The notes: generated by a model not told the origin, from the letters alone. A stretch of DNA of 64,000 bases from Patescibacteria group bacterium (GCA_023380635.1 JAMCRP010000001.1:469200-533199); one strand, 5' to 3'; numbered from the stretch's first letter, positions 1 to 9,503 are shown. A program made the numbers and translations.

Positions 1-579
1 ACCAGCACCACTAATAGCAGTAATGTGCCTTCGGCCACGACCGTGGGCAGTATTGTGACTAATAATGCCCCTACGGCCACTTTCAGCCTTTCGGAAATTG
101 ACGCTACTAAAGTGAAAGAGGGCCAGAAAGCCACCCTGACTTTGGATGCTTTGCCGGGCACGACCTTTACCGGCACGGTGGTGGGTATCAACCGCAGCGG
201 CGTGGTCTCTTCCAATGTGACGACTTATCCGATGGTTATCCAGTTTGACACTTCGCCCGAGGCGGTTCTGCCCAATATGTCTGTCACCGCCAATATCATT
301 ACCCAAACTAAAGACAACGCCTTGCTAATTCCTACAGCCGCGGTTACGACTCAAAACGGCCAAAGCACAGTCCGGGTGAAAGACGGTAACAATATTCAGA
401 CGGTGCCGGTAACTCTCGGGGTTTCTTCAGACACTCAGACAGAAATCACTTCCGGATTAACTGAAGGGCAAACGGTGATTGTTGGCGGCGGATTAACTAC
501 TCCCGGCAACCAAACTTCTTCGCCCTTCGGTGGCGGTTTTAGAATCGGCGGCGGAGGCGCGTTTAGAAGAGGAGGATAA
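1..579 (+). CDS. Efflux periplasmic adaptor / membrane fusion protein (MacA/HlyD-like), 5' partial
   Basis: Frame is open from the window edge. 'LSEID..VK.GQ.A..TLDA', 'PNMSV.A.I' and 'LLIP..AV' MFP motifs, Gly-rich tail. Precedes an ABC ATPase and a MacB permease. Confidence 0.85.
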   Translation, partial: TSTTNSSNVPSATTVGSIVTNNAPTATFSLSEIDATKVKEGQKATLTLDALPGTTFTGTVVGINRSGVVSSNVTTYPMVIQFDTSPEAVLPNMSVTANIITQTKDNALLIPTAAVTTQNGQSTVRVKDGNNIQTVPVTLGVSSDTQTEITSGLTEGQTVIVGGGLTTPGNQTSSPFGGGFRIGGGGAFRRGG

Positions 580-583
580 ATGA

Positions 584-1291
584 ATGGGGCAACCAATTAT
601 CCAGGCTTCTCATCTGCGTAAAGTGTATGTGAATGACACGGTTGAAACCGTGGCTCTTTCCGATATTTCTTTTGGGGTTGAAAAGGGTGACTTTGTGGCC
701 ATTATGGGCCCGTCGGGTTCCGGCAAGTCCACTTTAATGCACATTATCGGCGCCTTGGACAAACCTACCAGCGGAACCTACGCAATCGACGGGGTAGAGG
801 TTGGCAAATTATCGGAAAATAAACTCTCCCAGCTGCGCAATAAAAAAATCGGTTTTGTCTTTCAGTTTTTTAATTTGCTTCCCCGGACTACCGCCTTAAA
901 AAATGTCATGCTACCCATGGTCTACGGAGGGGTAAGTTCGCAGGAACGGGTGCAAAAAGCCACTGAAGTGCTTCAGTTGGTAGGTTTAGGCGACCGGATG
1001 GACCATACCAGCAGTCAGCTTTCCGGCGGCCAAATGCAGCGGGTGGCTATCGCCCGGGCCCTGGTCATGGATCCGGCCATTATTCTGGCCGATGAACCGA
1101 CCGGAAACATTAGCAGCGTCCAGGCCGAAGAAATTATGCAAATCTTTGAACATCTGCATAAAAAAGGACATACGATTGTCATGATTACCCATGAACCGGA
1201 CATAGCCGCCCACGCCCAGAGAATTATTGAGTTAAAAGACGGCAAAATTGTTAGCGATAAACGAAACGGTCACCGGTATGGACATAAGTGA
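584..1291 (+). CDS. ABC transporter ATP-binding protein (MacB/LolD family)
   Basis: Walker A GPSGSGKST, 'GFVFQFFNLL', LSGGQ signature, ADEPTGN. Confidence 0.95.
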   Translation: MGQPIIQASHLRKVYVNDTVETVALSDISFGVEKGDFVAIMGPSGSGKSTLMHIIGALDKPTSGTYAIDGVEVGKLSENKLSQLRNKKIGFVFQFFNLLPRTTALKNVMLPMVYGGVSSQERVQKATEVLQLVGLGDRMDHTSSQLSGGQMQRVAIARALVMDPAIILADEPTGNISSVQAEEIMQIFEHLHKKGHTIVMITHEPDIAAHAQRIIELKDGKIVSDKRNGHRYGHK

Positions 1292-2504
1292 ACTTTTTTA
1301 CTCAGCTTTAGAAGCGTTAACTTTAAATAAATTGCGTACCGCCCTGGCGGGTCTGGGTATCGTTATTGGCATTGGAGCAGTTATTGCCCTGATTTCTCTT
1401 GGTGAAGCCAGCCAGCTTGCGGTTCAAAATCAGATCCAGTCTCTGGGATCAAACCTATTGACAGTTATTCCGGGGTCTCAGCGGGCCGGCGGCGGGGTTC
1501 AAAGCGGGTTTGGGGGAGCTACCACCTTAACTTATGACGACGCCAAGGCGATTGCCACTTCACCGCAAATTACGACAGTCGCCCAGGTCTCACCGGAATT
1601 ATCCCGACGGGCTCAGGTAACCACCGGCGCTGCCAACACCAACACTTCAATCATGGGGGCCACCCCGGCTTACGAAACCGTCCACAATCTTACTCTGCAG
1701 TCGGGAAGTTTTATCACTTCTGACCAGGTCGATTCGCTGAGTAAAGTCGCCGTCATCGGCCCTACGACCGCCAGTAATCTCTTTGGTGACGGTACCGACC
1801 CGGTTGGCCAGAATGTCCGGATTAATAAGGTCGCTTTCCGGATCATCGGCGAAACCGCCTCAAAAGGAGGCACGGGTTTCAATAATCAGGACGACATGAT
1901 TATCATTCCCTTAACTACCGCCCAGAAACTGGTTTTCGGCGTCGATTATGTTTCGGATATTTCTCTTCAGGCTAAAAACGCCAATGACATGACCGCCGCC
2001 CAAAATGAAGTCGGTTATTTTCTGCTCTCCCGCCATCATTTTAACGATCCGTCCCAGGCGGATTTTTCTATCTTTTCCCAGGCAGATATTCTGGGAGCCG
2101 CCAGCCAGATTACCGGCACTTTTACTGTCCTTCTTTCCGGCATCGCCGCCATTTCTCTTCTGGTCGGCGGGATCGGAATTATGAACATCATGCTGGTGAC
2201 GGTTATTGAACGCACCCGGGAAATCGGCCTTCGCAAGGCCCTGGGAGCTACCAGCACGGTTATTATTACCCAGTTTTTAATCGAAGCCATTTTTCTGACC
2301 TTTGGCGGGGGAGTCATCGGTGCCGGTTTGGGAATTGGTCTATCTTTCGTAGCTTCGAAGTTAATCAGCTTGCCTTTTACTGTTTCCCTTTCCGCGATTT
2401 TGCTCTCTTTCAGTGTCTCCGCGGCAATTGGTATAATTTTTGGCTGGTACCCGGCCCAAAAAGCCGCCAAGTTGAGCCCGATCGAAGCTCTAAGATATGA
2501 ATAG
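1278..2504 (+). CDS. ABC transporter permease (MacB/FtsX family)
   Basis: 'GGIGIMNIMLVTV.ERTREIG.RKALGA' and C-terminal 'P..KAAKL.PIEALRYE'. Start placed at ATG 1278. Confidence 0.95.
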   Translation: MDISELFYSALEALTLNKLRTALAGLGIVIGIGAVIALISLGEASQLAVQNQIQSLGSNLLTVIPGSQRAGGGVQSGFGGATTLTYDDAKAIATSPQITTVAQVSPELSRRAQVTTGAANTNTSIMGATPAYETVHNLTLQSGSFITSDQVDSLSKVAVIGPTTASNLFGDGTDPVGQNVRINKVAFRIIGETASKGGTGFNNQDDMIIIPLTTAQKLVFGVDYVSDISLQAKNANDMTAAQNEVGYFLLSRHHFNDPSQADFSIFSQADILGAASQITGTFTVLLSGIAAISLLVGGIGIMNIMLVTVIERTREIGLRKALGATSTVIITQFLIEAIFLTFGGGVIGAGLGIGLSFVASKLISLPFTVSLSAILLSFSVSAAIGIIFGWYPAQKAAKLSPIEALRYE

Positions 2505-3291
2505 CATTATTGAGGTTACCAATCTGGTTAAAAAGTTTGGCGATTTTACCGCCGTAAATAATATCTCTTTTAGCGTTGCCGCCGGAGAAGTCTTTGCTTT
2601 TTTGGGTCCTAACGGCGCCGGTAAAACCACCACGATTAAAATGCTGACGACTTTATTGGCCCCCACTTCCGGCAAAATTTTAATTAACGGTCAAAGCCCG
2701 GCAGAAAACCAGGATGCGGTGCGCAAATCCTTTGGCATTGTCTTTCAGGATCCCAGCCTGGATGACGAGCTGACCGCCTACGAAAATCTGCAGTTCCACG
2801 CGGTTTTGTACGGCGTACCGCCGGCGGTGGCTAAAAAAAGAATCGACGAACTCCTCACTATTGTCGAACTGGTCGACCGGCGTAATCACTTAGTTAAAAC
2901 TTTTTCCGGCGGGATGAAACGAAGACTGGAAATTGCCCGCGGCTTACTTCACCACCCCAAAGTCTTTTTTCTGGATGAACCTACCCAGGGCCTGGACCCG
3001 CAAACCCGAAACCGTATCTGGCAATATGTCCTGGATTTAAACAAGCGCGAGGGAATTACTATTTTCTTCACCACTCACTACATGGAAGAGGCTGACCGGG
3101 TAGCTCAAAGAATTGCCATTATTGATCACGGCAAGATTATTAACACTGGCACGCCGGCTCAGCTTAAAAAGCAAACCCAAAGCAAAACCCTGGAAGAAGC
3201 CTTTTTAGAATTAACCGGGCACGAAATCCGCGACGAAGAGGGAACGGCCATTGAAAGAATGCGCATGGGGAGACGGTTATGGCACCGATAA
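2497..3291 (+). CDS. ABC transporter ATP-binding protein (DrrA-like)
   Basis: GPNGAGKTT, 'FSGGMKRRLEIARGL', LDEPT, 'TTHYMEEA'. Confidence 0.93.
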   Translation: MNSIIEVTNLVKKFGDFTAVNNISFSVAAGEVFAFLGPNGAGKTTTIKMLTTLLAPTSGKILINGQSPAENQDAVRKSFGIVFQDPSLDDELTAYENLQFHAVLYGVPPAVAKKRIDELLTIVELVDRRNHLVKTFSGGMKRRLEIARGLLHHPKVFFLDEPTQGLDPQTRNRIWQYVLDLNKREGITIFFTTHYMEEADRVAQRIAIIDHGKIINTGTPAQLKKQTQSKTLEEAFLELTGHEIRDEEGTAIERMRMGRRLWHR

Positions 3292-3298
3292 ATATTTT

Positions 3299-4045
3299 AT
3301 GAAAGCAATCTACATCCTTTGGCTTAGACAATTGAAACGGTACTTGCGCTCGCGATCAAGAATCGTGGGGTCTTTAGGCCAGCCAATCCTGTTTTTAGTG
3401 GCTTTAGGCTTTGGGCTGGGGCCGACTTTTGCCCGGGCCGGAGAGGGAAGTTACCTTCAGTTTTTAGCCCCGGGGGTCATTGCCATGAGCGTGTTGTTTA
3501 CGGCAATTTTTGCCGGAGTTGAAGTCATTTGGGATAAGCAGTTTGGCTTTCTTAAAGAAACTCTGGTTGCCCCCGTTCCGCGCTGGCAGATTATGACCGG
3601 TCGCACTTTGGGCGGCGCCACCGTTGCGGCCCTCCAAGGTTTAATCGTCTTTGTGATTGCCCTGTTTGCCGGCTTCCGGTTTCCGCCCCTGGTCAATTTG
3701 ATTCCCGCCGCCATTGTGGTCGTTTTGATTGCTTTACTGTTTACCGGATTGGGAACAGCTATCGCTTCAGTTTTGGACGACATGCAGGGTTTTCAGCTGA
3801 TTATGAATTTTTTGGTCATGCCGCTTTTCTTTCTTTCCGGCGCCCTGTTTCCGCTGCGGGGGCTGCCCGAGCCATTGTCCTTGATTACTATCTTAAACCC
3901 CCTGTCATACGGCGTTGACGGTTTGCGGGGGAGTCTGACCGGAATTTCGGCTTTCAGCTTTTCCTCAGATTTATCTGTTTTAATGGTAATTACTCTGATT
4001 ATTATTGCTATCGGCAGCTATTTGTTTAGCAAAATCGAGATATGA
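3299..4045 (+). CDS. ABC-2 type permease (DrrB-like)
   Basis: About six TM segments, 'GFLKETLVAP', 'PLFFLSGALFP', 'NPLSYGVDGLR'. Start at ATG 3299. Confidence 0.92.
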   Translation: MKAIYILWLRQLKRYLRSRSRIVGSLGQPILFLVALGFGLGPTFARAGEGSYLQFLAPGVIAMSVLFTAIFAGVEVIWDKQFGFLKETLVAPVPRWQIMTGRTLGGATVAALQGLIVFVIALFAGFRFPPLVNLIPAAIVVVLIALLFTGLGTAIASVLDDMQGFQLIMNFLVMPLFFLSGALFPLRGLPEPLSLITILNPLSYGVDGLRGSLTGISAFSFSSDLSVLMVITLIIIAIGSYLFSKIEI

Positions 4046-4464
4046 CGAATAAAATAATCTACGGTTTAATTACTCTGGCCCTTGCCGGTTTGGCTTTTTA
4101 CGGCGGGATTAAATACCAACAAAAACAGGCTGCCGCCCGAATAAGCAGTTTTTCCCAAAACGGCGGGAATAACGGCCAAATACGCACCCGCTTTGGAAAC
4201 GGCGCCAACGGGGGAGCCGTGCGCGGAGAAGTTCTCTCGGTTGACGCCAATGGACTGACCGTGAAAAATCGGGACGGGAGCAGCAGAATCGTTTTGTTTT
4301 CCGGCAGCACGGTCATTAATAAGGCCGACGTCGCCACTAAGGATGACATTAAAACCGGAAGCACCGTGGCCGTCTTTGGCACTATCAACTCTGACGGCAG
4401 CATTACCGCTCAGAACGTGCAGATAAATCCCGTCCAACCGCCCCCGCCAAACCCCACCCAATAA
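4042..4464 (+). CDS. Membrane-anchored DUF5666-like OB-fold protein
   Basis: N-terminal TM 'FYGGIKYQ', Gly-rich linker, 'G.V.S.D....TV' and 'G.INSDGSITAQNVQI'. Confidence 0.65.
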   Translation: MTNKIIYGLITLALAGLAFYGGIKYQQKQAAARISSFSQNGGNNGQIRTRFGNGANGGAVRGEVLSVDANGLTVKNRDGSSRIVLFSGSTVINKADVATKDDIKTGSTVAVFGTINSDGSITAQNVQINPVQPPPPNPTQ

Positions 4465-4527
4465 GTACCTATAGTTTGAAGTTGTGATATAGTTGGATAT
4501 ATTCGGGTTTTTTCTGGTTAGAACTGC

Positions 4528-4554
4528 TTAGCACTCTCCTGCTCCCCTTGCTAA
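4528..4554. promoter_or_regulatory. CIRCE-like (HrcA operator-like) inverted repeat
   Basis: TTAGCACTC-N9-CCTTGCTAA versus consensus TTAGCACTC-N9-GAGTGCTAA: left arm perfect, right arm 6/9. An extended -10 (TGaTATAGT) lies at 4485-4493. Confidence 0.55.
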
Positions 4555-4654
4555 TCGGGGGTTTTTCGAGCCTGTTCTTGCCCAACTCTTACCCCCTTTT
4601 CAGTTTTAATTTCCAATCAAATTTTAGACTGCGGAACTAAGGAGGTGACAAATA

Positions 4655-4822
4655 ATGGATAACGACCAAAATAACAGCAACGCCGTTAATTTTACTCCGG
4701 ACCAATCCGGTCTAGAAAAGCCTGTCGAAAAGGCCCAGGAAAATGCCAAGACTAAAGGCTCTGAAAAAACACGCCAGAAAGGCGCGGGCCGCAAGTCGCG
4801 GTCTCGCAGCCACCGTAAGTAA
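4655..4822 (+). CDS. 55-aa ORF with a perfect SD, overlapping mscL out of frame (possible true N-terminus of MscL)
   Basis: TAAGGAGGTGA at 4638-4648, ATG 4655, TAA 4820-4822. Translates MDNDQNNSNAVNFTPDQSGLEKPVEKAQENAKTKGSEK...RK. Confidence 0.45.
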   Translation: MDNDQNNSNAVNFTPDQSGLEKPVEKAQENAKTKGSEKTRQKGAGRKSRSRSHRK

Positions 4823-5141
4823 TTCCCTGCTCGGCCGTCAAGCACGGGGCTTTGTCCGCTTTATCCGCAAGCAGGGCATTTTTAGCTTGGCGGTGGGTTT
4901 TGTTTTGGGCGGAAAAGTTTCCCAACTGGTGTCCGCCTTGGTTGCGGACATTATTAATCCCCCGCTAGGCGTGGTTTTAGGTAAGGTTAATCTTCGTGAC
5001 GCTGTTTTAACTTTAGGCAGCGTCAAAATTTTATGGGGCGATTTTGTCAGCAACCTGATTGATTTTCTGATTGTGGCGACGGTCGTCTACATCGGCACTG
5101 TCATTATCCAGGCGGAACCAGTTGCAAAAGAAGAAAAGTAG
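4743..5141 (+). CDS. mscL: Large-conductance mechanosensitive channel MscL family
   Basis: 'GF..FI..QG...LAVGFVLG.....LVSALV.DIINP', 'WGDFVSNLIDFLIVA'. Start uncertain. Confidence 0.88.
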   Translation: MPRLKALKKHARKARAASRGLAATVSNSLLGRQARGFVRFIRKQGIFSLAVGFVLGGKVSQLVSALVADIINPPLGVVLGKVNLRDAVLTLGSVKILWGDFVSNLIDFLIVATVVYIGTVIIQAEPVAKEEK

Positions 5142-5176
5142 GTCTACGATAATTGTATGGTTGCTGAAACCGACAC

Positions 5177-5410
5177 ATGATGTATTCTGCCTTTCCCCGC
5201 TTTTGGCCGATGATGGGCGTTTCTGTTTTTGCTTGGCTTCTGCCTCTGGTGATTTTAGATCTTATCCTAAAAGGAATTGCCTTATGGCGGGCCGCCAGAA
5301 ACAATCAGTCCTACTGGTTTGTCGCTCTGTTAATTTTTAACACTGTTGGGATTCTTCCCTTAGTCTACCTGGCTTTTTTTCAGAAAACCCAAACCAGTAA
5401 AAAGAAATGA
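5177..5410 (+). CDS. Small membrane protein, DUF5652-like
   Basis: 'KGIALWRAARNNQ.YWFVALLIFNTVGILP.VYL' motif. Confidence 0.8.
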   Translation: MMYSAFPRFWPMMGVSVFAWLLPLVILDLILKGIALWRAARNNQSYWFVALLIFNTVGILPLVYLAFFQKTQTSKKK

Positions 5411-5961
5411 CCCTGAAATCTACCCGGACTCTGGAAGATCTGCGCCCGGTCCTTAAAGACCCTTTTTCTGTTGGCCCGAATGTGGTCTACCGGGTGTTTA
5501 CGAATTTGGAAAATCCCGGATGGAAACAGTGGATAAACATGACCCAAATCGGCCCGGGAATTTTTCAGGATGAATACGCTAAGACCTTTGGTCATTACCA
5601 TAACAACAATAACCCGGAAACCTACTTTGTGGAGGAAGGCAACGGAGTTTTGGAACTGCAAAAAGGGTTTGAGGCTAGTGAAGTGCTGCTTATTAAAGCT
5701 CAAAAGGGTGACCGGGTGGTAATTCCTGTCGGGTATGGCCATGCCTGGATTAACACCGGAAACGCCGACCTGGTTCTCTTGGATGACTGGGCCACCCCCC
5801 ATTCGCCTGAGGATTATAAATGGATAGAAGACCATCACGGCTTGGCCTATTACATTACCGACGGTAATAGCAAAGTTAGGGCCACCCCTAACCCGAACTA
5901 CAAAAACCTTCCGGAACCCAAATGGCTGACGGCTAAAGAGTTTAATGAACAAAAGCTTTAA
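5407..5961 (+). CDS. Cupin-type (archaeal-like) glucose-6-phosphate isomerase
   Basis: 'T.I.PG....EY.KTFGHYH', 'PE.Y....G.G...LQ', 'IP.GYGH..IN.G'. Confidence 0.85.
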   Translation: MTLKSTRTLEDLRPVLKDPFSVGPNVVYRVFTNLENPGWKQWINMTQIGPGIFQDEYAKTFGHYHNNNNPETYFVEEGNGVLELQKGFEASEVLLIKAQKGDRVVIPVGYGHAWINTGNADLVLLDDWATPHSPEDYKWIEDHHGLAYYITDGNSKVRATPNPNYKNLPEPKWLTAKEFNEQKL

Positions 5962-6910
5962 GGCTTCCTTTTACCTTCTGGTTTTTGCCGCGGTTACTTT
6001 TTACTTCGCCTTTTTTCGGCCGCCACCCAAGACTTCTTATTCCTCCGCCGAGGTTTTGGGCGAAAATACCAATTTAACTTTATTTATCGAGCCGGACGAC
6101 GGCCGGGCGCCTTTATTAAATTACATTAACGCCAGCCAAAACCAAATTCTTACCGAGGTTTACATTCTTTCCGACAAGGAAATCGGTTCGGCTTTGGCTT
6201 CCCGCAGCGCGATTACCAAGATACTTCTCGAAGAGCACCCGTTTGGCGGGGGTAATTTCAACCAAAAAACGAAAGATTGGCTGGGAAATATCGTCCGCTG
6301 GACCAATCCGGATTTTACCCTTACTCACCAAAAATCAATGGTCTTCGACGATGCGGTCGTCTGCATTTTAAACATGAATTTATCCGCCACGGCTTTTAGT
6401 AAAAACCGGGAGTACAACATCTGCAGCGAAAATAAAGAAGATGTCGCCGAGGTAACCAATATTTTTAACGCCGATTGGAACCGAAAGGACTTCTCTCCGG
6501 CTGATCCAAATTTGGTCGTCTCCCCCGTTAACTCCCGGGCCAAATTAACGGCGTTTATTTCCGGAGCCCAAAAATCCCTGGATATCGAGATGGAGGTGGT
6601 GAGCGACGACCAGATGGTTAATCTTTTAACTGATAAAGCTAAAAATATTCCGGTGCAAATCCTGGTTCCCAATCCAAAAGATGTTGCCAATTCTCCCGTT
6701 CCCGGCGCGCAGGTGAAATCTCTGAAAAAACCCTACCCTCATGCCAAATTAATTATCGTTGATGGAGTGCGGGCTTATACCGGCTCAGTCAACTTAACTA
6801 CCCAAAGCCTGGATCAAAACCGCGAGCTGGGCATCCTAGTTTCTCAGACAGATATCTTAGACCGACTTAACCAGACATTTGCAAAAGATTGGAATAATGC
6901 TAATCTATAA
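5945..6910 (+). CDS. Phospholipase D / cardiolipin-synthase-like protein
   Basis: Two HKD motifs (HQKSMVFD, HAKLIIVD), GS.N, NRE, and an N-terminal TM. Confidence 0.9.
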   Translation: MNKSFKASFYLLVFAAVTFYFAFFRPPPKTSYSSAEVLGENTNLTLFIEPDDGRAPLLNYINASQNQILTEVYILSDKEIGSALASRSAITKILLEEHPFGGGNFNQKTKDWLGNIVRWTNPDFTLTHQKSMVFDDAVVCILNMNLSATAFSKNREYNICSENKEDVAEVTNIFNADWNRKDFSPADPNLVVSPVNSRAKLTAFISGAQKSLDIEMEVVSDDQMVNLLTDKAKNIPVQILVPNPKDVANSPVPGAQVKSLKKPYPHAKLIIVDGVRAYTGSVNLTTQSLDQNRELGILVSQTDILDRLNQTFAKDWNNANL

Positions 6911-6913
6911 AAG

Positions 6914-7480
6914 ATGGACTTTATCAAAAAACATCTTCTCTGGGTCATTGCCGGAGCGGTTGTTTTTCTGCTGGTGGTTACCGCCGGCTATTACAACTCT
7001 TTTGTGGCCGCCAACAACGCCATCGACGGCCAATGGAAACAGGTCGAAGTGCAATATCAAAGGCGCTTTGATTTAATCCCCAATTTGGTTGAAGCTACCA
7101 AGGGAATTATGCAGCAGGAACAGACGGTTTTTGGCAACATCGCCGCCGCCCGGGCTAACTACGCCGGAGCCCAAACCCCTGACCAGAAAGTGGCCGCTGC
7201 CAATCAGGTCGAGTCTGCTCTGGGCAGATTATTGGCTATCGTCGAAAATTATCCTCAGCTTAAATCCGACCAAGCGGTTCTGCGCCTGCAGGATGAACTG
7301 GCGGGAACCGAAAACCGGATTGCCGTGGAAAGGCGACGCTATAACGATCTGGTTCAGCAATATAACACCAACATCAGCACTATTCCGGGCAATATTTTTG
7401 CCGGCATATTTGGTTTCAAGTCCCGGCAGTACTTTAACGCTACTCCCGGATCAGAAAACGCTCCCCAGGTAAAGTTCTAA
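6914..7480 (+). CDS. lemA: LemA family protein
   Basis: 'QYQRR.DLIPNLV', 'ENYP.LK', 'GTENRIAVERRRYN'. Confidence 0.95.
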   Translation: MDFIKKHLLWVIAGAVVFLLVVTAGYYNSFVAANNAIDGQWKQVEVQYQRRFDLIPNLVEATKGIMQQEQTVFGNIAAARANYAGAQTPDQKVAAANQVESALGRLLAIVENYPQLKSDQAVLRLQDELAGTENRIAVERRRYNDLVQQYNTNISTIPGNIFAGIFGFKSRQYFNATPGSENAPQVKF

Positions 7481-8403
7481 TGAAAAAACTTTTCCTTGTC
7501 TTCTTCTCTACCTTTCTTCTTTTCTTCCTTACTTCCTCCGTTTTTGCCGCTTCTTTTCCCGCTCCCACCGGTTTTGTCAATGACTTTGCGGGAATTTTAA
7601 CCGCTTCGCAAAAAGCCGACTTAGAACAAAATCTCCAAAATTTTCAAAACCAGACCGGCAACGAAATTGCCGTGGTCACGATTAAAGATTTGGGCGGCGA
7701 TACGATTGAAAATATGGCTGTTAAATTGTTTGAACAGTGGAAAATCGGCCAAAAGGGCAAAGATAACGGCGCCCTTCTACTAATTGCCGTAAACGACCGT
7801 AAACTGCATATCGAAGTGGGTTACGGCTTGGAACCGGCGCTGACTGACGCCCGGGCCGGCGACATTATTAGAAACGTCATTACTCCTAAATTTAAACAAA
7901 ACGACTATTACGGCGGGATAAAAGATGGGATTACTATTATGGAAGAGACCATTTCCAACTCCAATAATTCCCCCGCTTCTGGGACCACGACAACTTCTAA
8001 AACTTTAAGTTTCGGTTCGGTTTTTAACGCGGTGGTGTTTGTGGGAATTTTCGGCTGGTTTTTGATTCCATTGGCTATTTACCTGGCCGCCTTTTTCGGT
8101 CGCAGTAAAAGAATCTGGCCGGGAGGTTTGGTTGGGCTCTTGGCCGGTTTGGTAATCGGTGTAGTTTTTAGCTATCTGGCCGCCGCTATCTTGGGTGTCA
8201 TCTTGGGGTTAATAGGTTTGTTTCTTGATTGGGTCTTATCTAAAAATTATGACAGGCTGATAAAACTTGGGAAAAGCACCCGGTGGCACCATACCTGGGG
8301 CGGGTTTTATACCGGCGGCTTCGGGGGTGGTGGCAGTGGGGGCGGTTTTGGAGGGTTTGGCGGAGGCTCTTCCGGCGGCGGCGGTTCTTCCGGCAGCTGG
8401 TAG
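7480..8403 (+). CDS. TPM-domain membrane protein (YgcG-like)
   Basis: 'VND.A.IL', 'W.IG..GKDNG.LLL', 'IEVGYGLE..LTD', Gly-rich tail ending GSW. Follows lemA. Confidence 0.92.
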   Translation: MKKLFLVFFSTFLLFFLTSSVFAASFPAPTGFVNDFAGILTASQKADLEQNLQNFQNQTGNEIAVVTIKDLGGDTIENMAVKLFEQWKIGQKGKDNGALLLIAVNDRKLHIEVGYGLEPALTDARAGDIIRNVITPKFKQNDYYGGIKDGITIMEETISNSNNSPASGTTTTSKTLSFGSVFNAVVFVGIFGWFLIPLAIYLAAFFGRSKRIWPGGLVGLLAGLVIGVVFSYLAAAILGVILGLIGLFLDWVLSKNYDRLIKLGKSTRWHHTWGGFYTGGFGGGGSGGGFGGFGGGSSGGGGSSGSW

Positions 8404-8417
8404 TGTATACTGAAGTT

Positions 8418-8807
8418 ATGAACAATTTTTTCCACAAACTGGCTAATAATATTGCCAATCTTGCCGGTTCTCCCTGGGCTTTTATCCTGGCCGTAGTCTT
8501 TATCCTTGGCTGGGTGGTTACCGGCCCGATTTTCGGTTTCTCCGACACCTGGCAGTTAATTATTAATACTGTCACCAATATCGTGGCCCTTCTTATGGTC
8601 TTTATCATCCAAAATACCCAAAACCGCGACTCCAAAGCGATAAATTTAAAACTCGACGAGCTTCTTAAGGGGGTTAAGGGCGCCCGCACCGGGATGGTGG
8701 ACATTGAAGATGTCACCGACGAGGAGCTGACCAGACTAGAGAAAGAATTTTCTGATATGCACCAGAAATATCGCGACGAACTCTCCCGCCGCCGGGCCAA
8801 AACCTAA
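8418..8807 (+). CDS. Low-affinity iron permease family protein
   Basis: 'GP.FGFSDTWQL.INT.T', 'F.IQNTQNRD..A..LKLDEL'. ATG 8418 lies 6 nt after TATACT. Confidence 0.9.
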   Translation: MNNFFHKLANNIANLAGSPWAFILAVVFILGWVVTGPIFGFSDTWQLIINTVTNIVALLMVFIIQNTQNRDSKAINLKLDELLKGVKGARTGMVDIEDVTDEELTRLEKEFSDMHQKYRDELSRRRAKT

Positions 8808-9385
8808 ACCCCCTTTTTCAGCGCCGTGGTCACAAAAATGTCCCGGTGATAGCGGCACGGACCGTATTTTTGTATGGCCGCCAAATGTTTTTTGGTCCCG
8901 TAGCCCTTATTAATTTTCCAGTGGTAGCGGCGAAATTCCTTGTGGAGTTGGCGCATAATTTTATCCCGTTCGACTTTTGCCACTATTCCCGCCAGGATTA
9001 CTTCCGGTATCGTCGCGTCTGCGTCAACGATGCTTTGTATCCTGTCGGTTTTACCCGCTACCCGGCCGATTTTTAGTTTTCCGTCAACAATATATTTATC
9101 AGTCTCTACCTTTTTAATTAACCGGCGAAAGATTTCTTTATTTGCCCAACCAATACCATGATTATTGATACTTCGCGCCGAAATAGTTTCGACAAGTATT
9201 ATTGCTCCAGATTTTCGTAATCGCCGGCATATCTCCTCTCGCTCCAGCGCCGTCAACAATTTTCCGTCTTTTAATTTATCCTTTTGTATCTTGTGTTTTG
9301 TTTCTTGGTTAATTACCACAGCAGCTGCCATGAGCGGACCGGCCAAGGCTCCCCGACCAGCTTCGTCTAATCCACAGATTACCAT
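8804..9385 (-). CDS. rnhB: Ribonuclease HII
   Basis: 'GLDEAGRG.LAGP', 'AKV.RD', 'NKGYGT..H'. Confidence 0.95.
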   Translation of the reverse strand: MVICGLDEAGRGALAGPLMAAAVVINQETKHKIQKDKLKDGKLLTALEREEICRRLRKSGAIILVETISARSINNHGIGWANKEIFRRLIKKVETDKYIVDGKLKIGRVAGKTDRIQSIVDADATIPEVILAGIVAKVERDKIMRQLHKEFRRYHWKINKGYGTKKHLAAIQKYGPCRYHRDIFVTTALKKGV

Positions 9386-9400
9386 GTCTTGAATTATAGT

Positions 9401-9434
9401 ATCCGTGATAATCCGTTACTAATCCGTGTTAATC
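9401..9434. repeat. Short tandem repeat (ATCCGTGNTA-like, about three copies) in a divergent intergenic region
   Basis: atccgtgata / atccgttacta / atccgtgtta / atc. Confidence 0.6.
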
Positions 9435-9503
9435 AAAAAATGTGGCTCTGTGAAAATCTAAACCCTATTGTTTTTCATATTGGGCTTGCTATTCTGGTTG
9501 ATA

